Positions 60,978-64,000 of a stretch of 64,000 bases of DNA are shown in pieces (positions within the stretch are counted from its first letter, which is position 1; the number at the start of each line of letters is the position of its first letter). Below the pieces are notes generated by a model that was not told the origin of the DNA, made no database searches, and saw nothing but the letters and a program-made list of their open reading frames with translations. Source of the stretch: Candidatus Parcubacteria bacterium (GTDB lineage: Bacteria > Patescibacteriota > Minisyncoccia > Minisyncoccales > JAGLUP01); assembly GCA_023134715.1 (NCBI GenBank), contig JAGLUP010000002.1:79906-143905 (forward strand), in the 5' to 3' direction. The position numbers and the translations under genes are program-made.

Positions 60978-63971
60978 ATGCCTCAACTGAAAAAACTTAA
61001 TCCAGAGCAGGAGAAGGCCGTTAAATGGAAAGACGGGCCGGTTTTGATTATTGCCGGCGCTGGAACCGGAAAAACCACAGCACTGACCCGCAGAATAGCT
61101 TGGCTTATAGAGCAAAAAATAGCTAAACCAGAAGAAATACTTGGCTTAACCTTTACAGAGAAAGCCGCGGAAGAAATGGATAATAGAGTTAATCAGCTTT
61201 TACCTATCGGATACAGCGAGTTATGGATATCTACTTTTCATTCTTTTTGCGACAGAATCCTCAAGCAACACGGCCTGGACATAGGGCTTTCAACTGACTT
61301 TAAAGTATTAGATGATGTGCAGTCCTGGCTTTTATTCAGGCAGAACTTATCTCAATTTAATTTAGATTATTACCGCCCTCTGGGCAATCCAACAAAATTT
61401 ATCCGTGTTTTGCTTAACCATTTCTCCAGATGCAAAGATGAAGAAATATGTCCCGAGGATTATCTGAAATACAGCGATGATTTACGGCTTAATATGGACG
61501 AGATAGCAGTGGGAAGCAAGGCCATAAAAAGTAAAGACAAAAAAGAAATAGCTCAAATCCAGCAGGAAGCAGACAGAATAAAAGAGGTGGCTGAGGCATA
61601 TTTTCTTTATCAAAAACTTTTATTAGACAATAATTCTTTGGATTTCGGAGACCTTATTAATTATTGTTTAAAATTATTTAAAACAAGGCCAAAAATTTTA
61701 GAAAAATACCGAAAACAGTTTAAATATATTTTAGTAGATGAATTTCAGGACACTAATTGGGCGCAATATGAATTAGTAAAATTATTGGCCTTTCCCAAAA
61801 ATAATTTAGCTGTCTCGGCAGATGATGACCAATCTCTCTATCTCTGGAGGGGAAGTTCTTTTAATAATGTCCTGCGGTTTAGGAAAGATTTTCCAGATAC
61901 CAAAGAAATAATTTTAATTAGAAATTATCGCTCTCCTCAAAATATACTGGATTTATCATATAAATTTATTCAACTGAATAATCCTAATCGTCTGGAATAT
62001 CAGCTTAATGAGGCAGGAAAAATCAATAAAAAACTGATTGCTTGTGAAAAAGACAAAGGTGTTATTGAAGTTCTTTGCTTTAAGACATTGGAACAAGAAG
62101 CAAGGGGAGTGGTAGAAAAAATAGCTCAGATTTTAAAACAAGATAAAGAAGCAAATTTTAATGATTTTGCTATTTTAGTAAGAGCTAATAATAATGCTCA
62201 ACCATTCTGCAAGGAATTAGAAAGAAATGGTTTTCCTTACCAATTTTTGGCCTCAAAAGGCCTGTATTCTAAACCAGTAATTCTGGATATTATTTCATAT
62301 TTAAAACTTTTAAATAACTGCTATGAAAATTCAGCTTTTTATCGGGTACTGAACTGTCCTTGTTTTAAAATTTCTTCAGAAGAGATAGCTAAAATTACCC
62401 AACACAGCCATCGCAAAGGACAATCTATTTATGAGACACTTCAGCAAATTCCCTTAAGTTCTGAACTTAATTTTCTTTTAGGGCTGATTAAAAAACATAG
62501 AGCTGAAGTTAAGAAAAAAAATATTAGTGAAATTTTTGTGCTTTTTTTGAAAGAATCAGGATATTTAAAAAAACTTGTAAAAAAAGAAAAAGAAACAGAG
62601 CTTAATTTAATAAACCAATTTTACAATAAAATTAAAAAATTTGAACAATCCCAAGCTGACCCGATTTTAAATAGTTTTATAGAACAGCTTAATTTAGAGC
62701 TGGAATCGGGAGAACAGGGCTCCTTAGAAATTGACGCTCAGGAAGGGCCTGATATGATAAAAATCCTTACTATTCATAAAGCCAAGGGACTGGAATTTAA
62801 ATATGTTTTTTTGGTTAATTTAGTAGATAAACGTTTTCCTTCTTTAGAAAGGAAAGAACCAATTGAAATTCCAGAAAAACTAATAAAAGAGATAATCCCG
62901 GAAGGAGATATTCACTTGCAAGAAGAAAGAAGATTGTTTTATGTTGGAATGACCAGAGCTAAAAAGGGATTGTTTTTTGCTTGGGCTGATGATTATGGAG
63001 GAAATAGGAAGAAGAAGCCGTCACGGTTTTTAATAGAGTGCGGTTTAGAGAAAGATGGAAAAGAAATAAAAGAAACTTTAATGCATGAAATCCACTCAGC
63101 CCAAACCCGCCACAACTTCGCAGATGTTGGCGGGAGCGTTGCGGGCAAGAATTCAAAAAAATCTTTGATTCCTTCTTATTTTTCTTACAGCCAAATAGCT
63201 GCTTTTCAAAAATGTCCCCTTCAATATAAATTTGCTCATATTTTAAAAATCCCGAGGCAGGGCTCTGCCGCTTTCAGTTTTGGAAGAACAATGCATCAAA
63301 CTTTGTATGAATTTTTAAAAACAATTCAACAAGGAGCTGACGCCAGACAGGCAAGCATTTTCCCAGACACAAATGAGCCAAAATCTTCAGAAGAAAAAAC
63401 TTGTTTAAATTTTCAAAACTTATTAGAGATTTATAAAAAGAATTGGATTGATGAATGGTATGAGAACAAACCGCAAAAAGAAAAATACTTTAAACAAGGG
63501 AAAAAATCTCTTAAAATTTTTTATAATGATTTTTTAAAAAATCAGCCGAACATTCAGATTATAAACAAAAAACCAGCTCTGGAGCAAAGTTTTAATCTTA
63601 AAATAGGGGATTGGTCTTTAATAGGAAAAATAGACAGAATAGACGCTCTTTCAAATAAAAATAAAGTGGAAATTATAGATTATAAAACAGGGAAAGCTAA
63701 AGATAAATTAAAACCAGAGGAAAAACAACAGCTCTTAATCTATCAAATAGCAACTGAAGAATCTTTGGGATTAAATCCTGTTAAACTCACTTATTATTAC
63801 TTGGAAAACTGCAAGACCATTTCTTTTTTAAGCAGTGAAAAAGAAAAACAAAATTTTAAAGAAAAATTATTAGAATTACTCAACAAAATTAAAAATAGCG
63901 ATTTTAAACCAACTCCCGGTTGGAATTGTAGATTTTGCGATTTTAAGGACATCTGCGAATATAAGCAGTAA
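60978..63971 (+). CDS. UvrD/PcrA-type helicase with a C-terminal Cas4/AddB-like PD-(D/E)xK nuclease
   Basis: LNPEQEKAV, AGAGTGKTT, VDEFQDTN, VGMTRAK; C-terminal CPLQYKF.., IDRID..IIDYKTGK, CRFCDFKDIC. ATG 60978 preferred over TTG 60951. Confidence 0.85.
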   Translation: MPQLKKLNPEQEKAVKWKDGPVLIIAGAGTGKTTALTRRIAWLIEQKIAKPEEILGLTFTEKAAEEMDNRVNQLLPIGYSELWISTFHSFCDRILKQHGLDIGLSTDFKVLDDVQSWLLFRQNLSQFNLDYYRPLGNPTKFIRVLLNHFSRCKDEEICPEDYLKYSDDLRLNMDEIAVGSKAIKSKDKKEIAQIQQEADRIKEVAEAYFLYQKLLLDNNSLDFGDLINYCLKLFKTRPKILEKYRKQFKYILVDEFQDTNWAQYELVKLLAFPKNNLAVSADDDQSLYLWRGSSFNNVLRFRKDFPDTKEIILIRNYRSPQNILDLSYKFIQLNNPNRLEYQLNEAGKINKKLIACEKDKGVIEVLCFKTLEQEARGVVEKIAQILKQDKEANFNDFAILVRANNNAQPFCKELERNGFPYQFLASKGLYSKPVILDIISYLKLLNNCYENSAFYRVLNCPCFKISSEEIAKITQHSHRKGQSIYETLQQIPLSSELNFLLGLIKKHRAEVKKKNISEIFVLFLKESGYLKKLVKKEKETELNLINQFYNKIKKFEQSQADPILNSFIEQLNLELESGEQGSLEIDAQEGPDMIKILTIHKAKGLEFKYVFLVNLVDKRFPSLERKEPIEIPEKLIKEIIPEGDIHLQEERRLFYVGMTRAKKGLFFAWADDYGGNRKKKPSRFLIECGLEKDGKEIKETLMHEIHSAQTRHNFADVGGSVAGKNSKKSLIPSYFSYSQIAAFQKCPLQYKFAHILKIPRQGSAAFSFGRTMHQTLYEFLKTIQQGADARQASIFPDTNEPKSSEEKTCLNFQNLLEIYKKNWIDEWYENKPQKEKYFKQGKKSLKIFYNDFLKNQPNIQIINKKPALEQSFNLKIGDWSLIGKIDRIDALSNKNKVEIIDYKTGKAKDKLKPEEKQQLLIYQIATEESLGLNPVKLTYYYLENCKTISFLSSEKEKQNFKEKLLELLNKIKNSDFKPTPGWNCRFCDFKDICEYKQ
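63099..63146. repeat. GC-rich nested palindrome inside the helicase-nuclease linker
   Basis: GCCC(63099-102)/GGGC(63143-46) enclosing CCCGCC(63106-11)/GGCGGG(63129-34); lies within the stretch SAQTRHNFADVGGSVAGKN. Confidence 0.55.
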
Positions 63972-64000
63972 AAAAAAGAAACGAATGTTATTCATCCGCT

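Noticed and set aside
1-64000. Alternative genetic code (TGA recoding, as in some CPR lineages)
   Set aside because: Very long ORFs (purL, macroglobulin, helicase) are intact under the standard code. TGA also terminates several well-supported genes at ATGA overlaps (13876, 24607, 25677, 36303).

Overview
AT-rich bacterial window, standard genetic code (long ORFs are intact and TGA is used as a stop in ATGA overlaps). About 60 genes, mostly on the + strand. Many small orphan ORFs plus the gene content suggest an uncultivated, small-genome (CPR/Patescibacteria-like) bacterium; that lineage call is inference only. I found no rRNA, tRNA, CRISPR array, transposase, integrase or reverse transcriptase. 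Housekeeping genes recognised from motifs: rarA, NUDIX hydrolase, family-4 UDG, dapB-like, purL, purM, ABC-F ATPase, AlkD-like repair protein, a 2168-aa thioester alpha-2-macroglobulin, PBP1C-like, L,D-transpeptidase/DD-carboxypeptidase fusion, FKBP, CNNM/CorC, and a UvrD-type helicase-nuclease. Two accessory (defence-type) regions stand out. (1) 0.5-6.1 kb: HTH remnant, Dam-type methylase, putative REase, degenerate Vsr, and a 1076-aa orphan. (2) 21.2-29.1 kb: permuted methylase, HNH nuclease and XRE regulator, followed by a translationally coupled trio of AIPR protein, Dam-type methylase and a four-domain HARE-HTH/PD-(D/E)xK/DGQHR/HEPN fusion, ending at an HsdR-like remnant. That trio is my best candidate for an undescribed methylation-linked defence system. 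Other accessory modules are an XRE-Panacea/RelE-like TA pair, a DUF1284-RhuM-Fic fusion and an ATP-cone/Mrr nuclease. The non-coding layer is unusually rich. Two tandem small-gene cassettes (51.9-53.3 kb) share long, structured 5' leaders and 3' trailers. A promoter-leader module with a covarying hairpin occurs three times. A hairpin/TGGTAKAAT/N6-9/ATG module implies many leaderless mRNAs. A family of GC-rich palindromes clusters in intergenic DNA and also sits in-frame inside conserved genes (alkD-like, purL, uvrD-like), as Rickettsia palindromic elements do. All functional calls rest on motif recognition by eye; no database search was possible.
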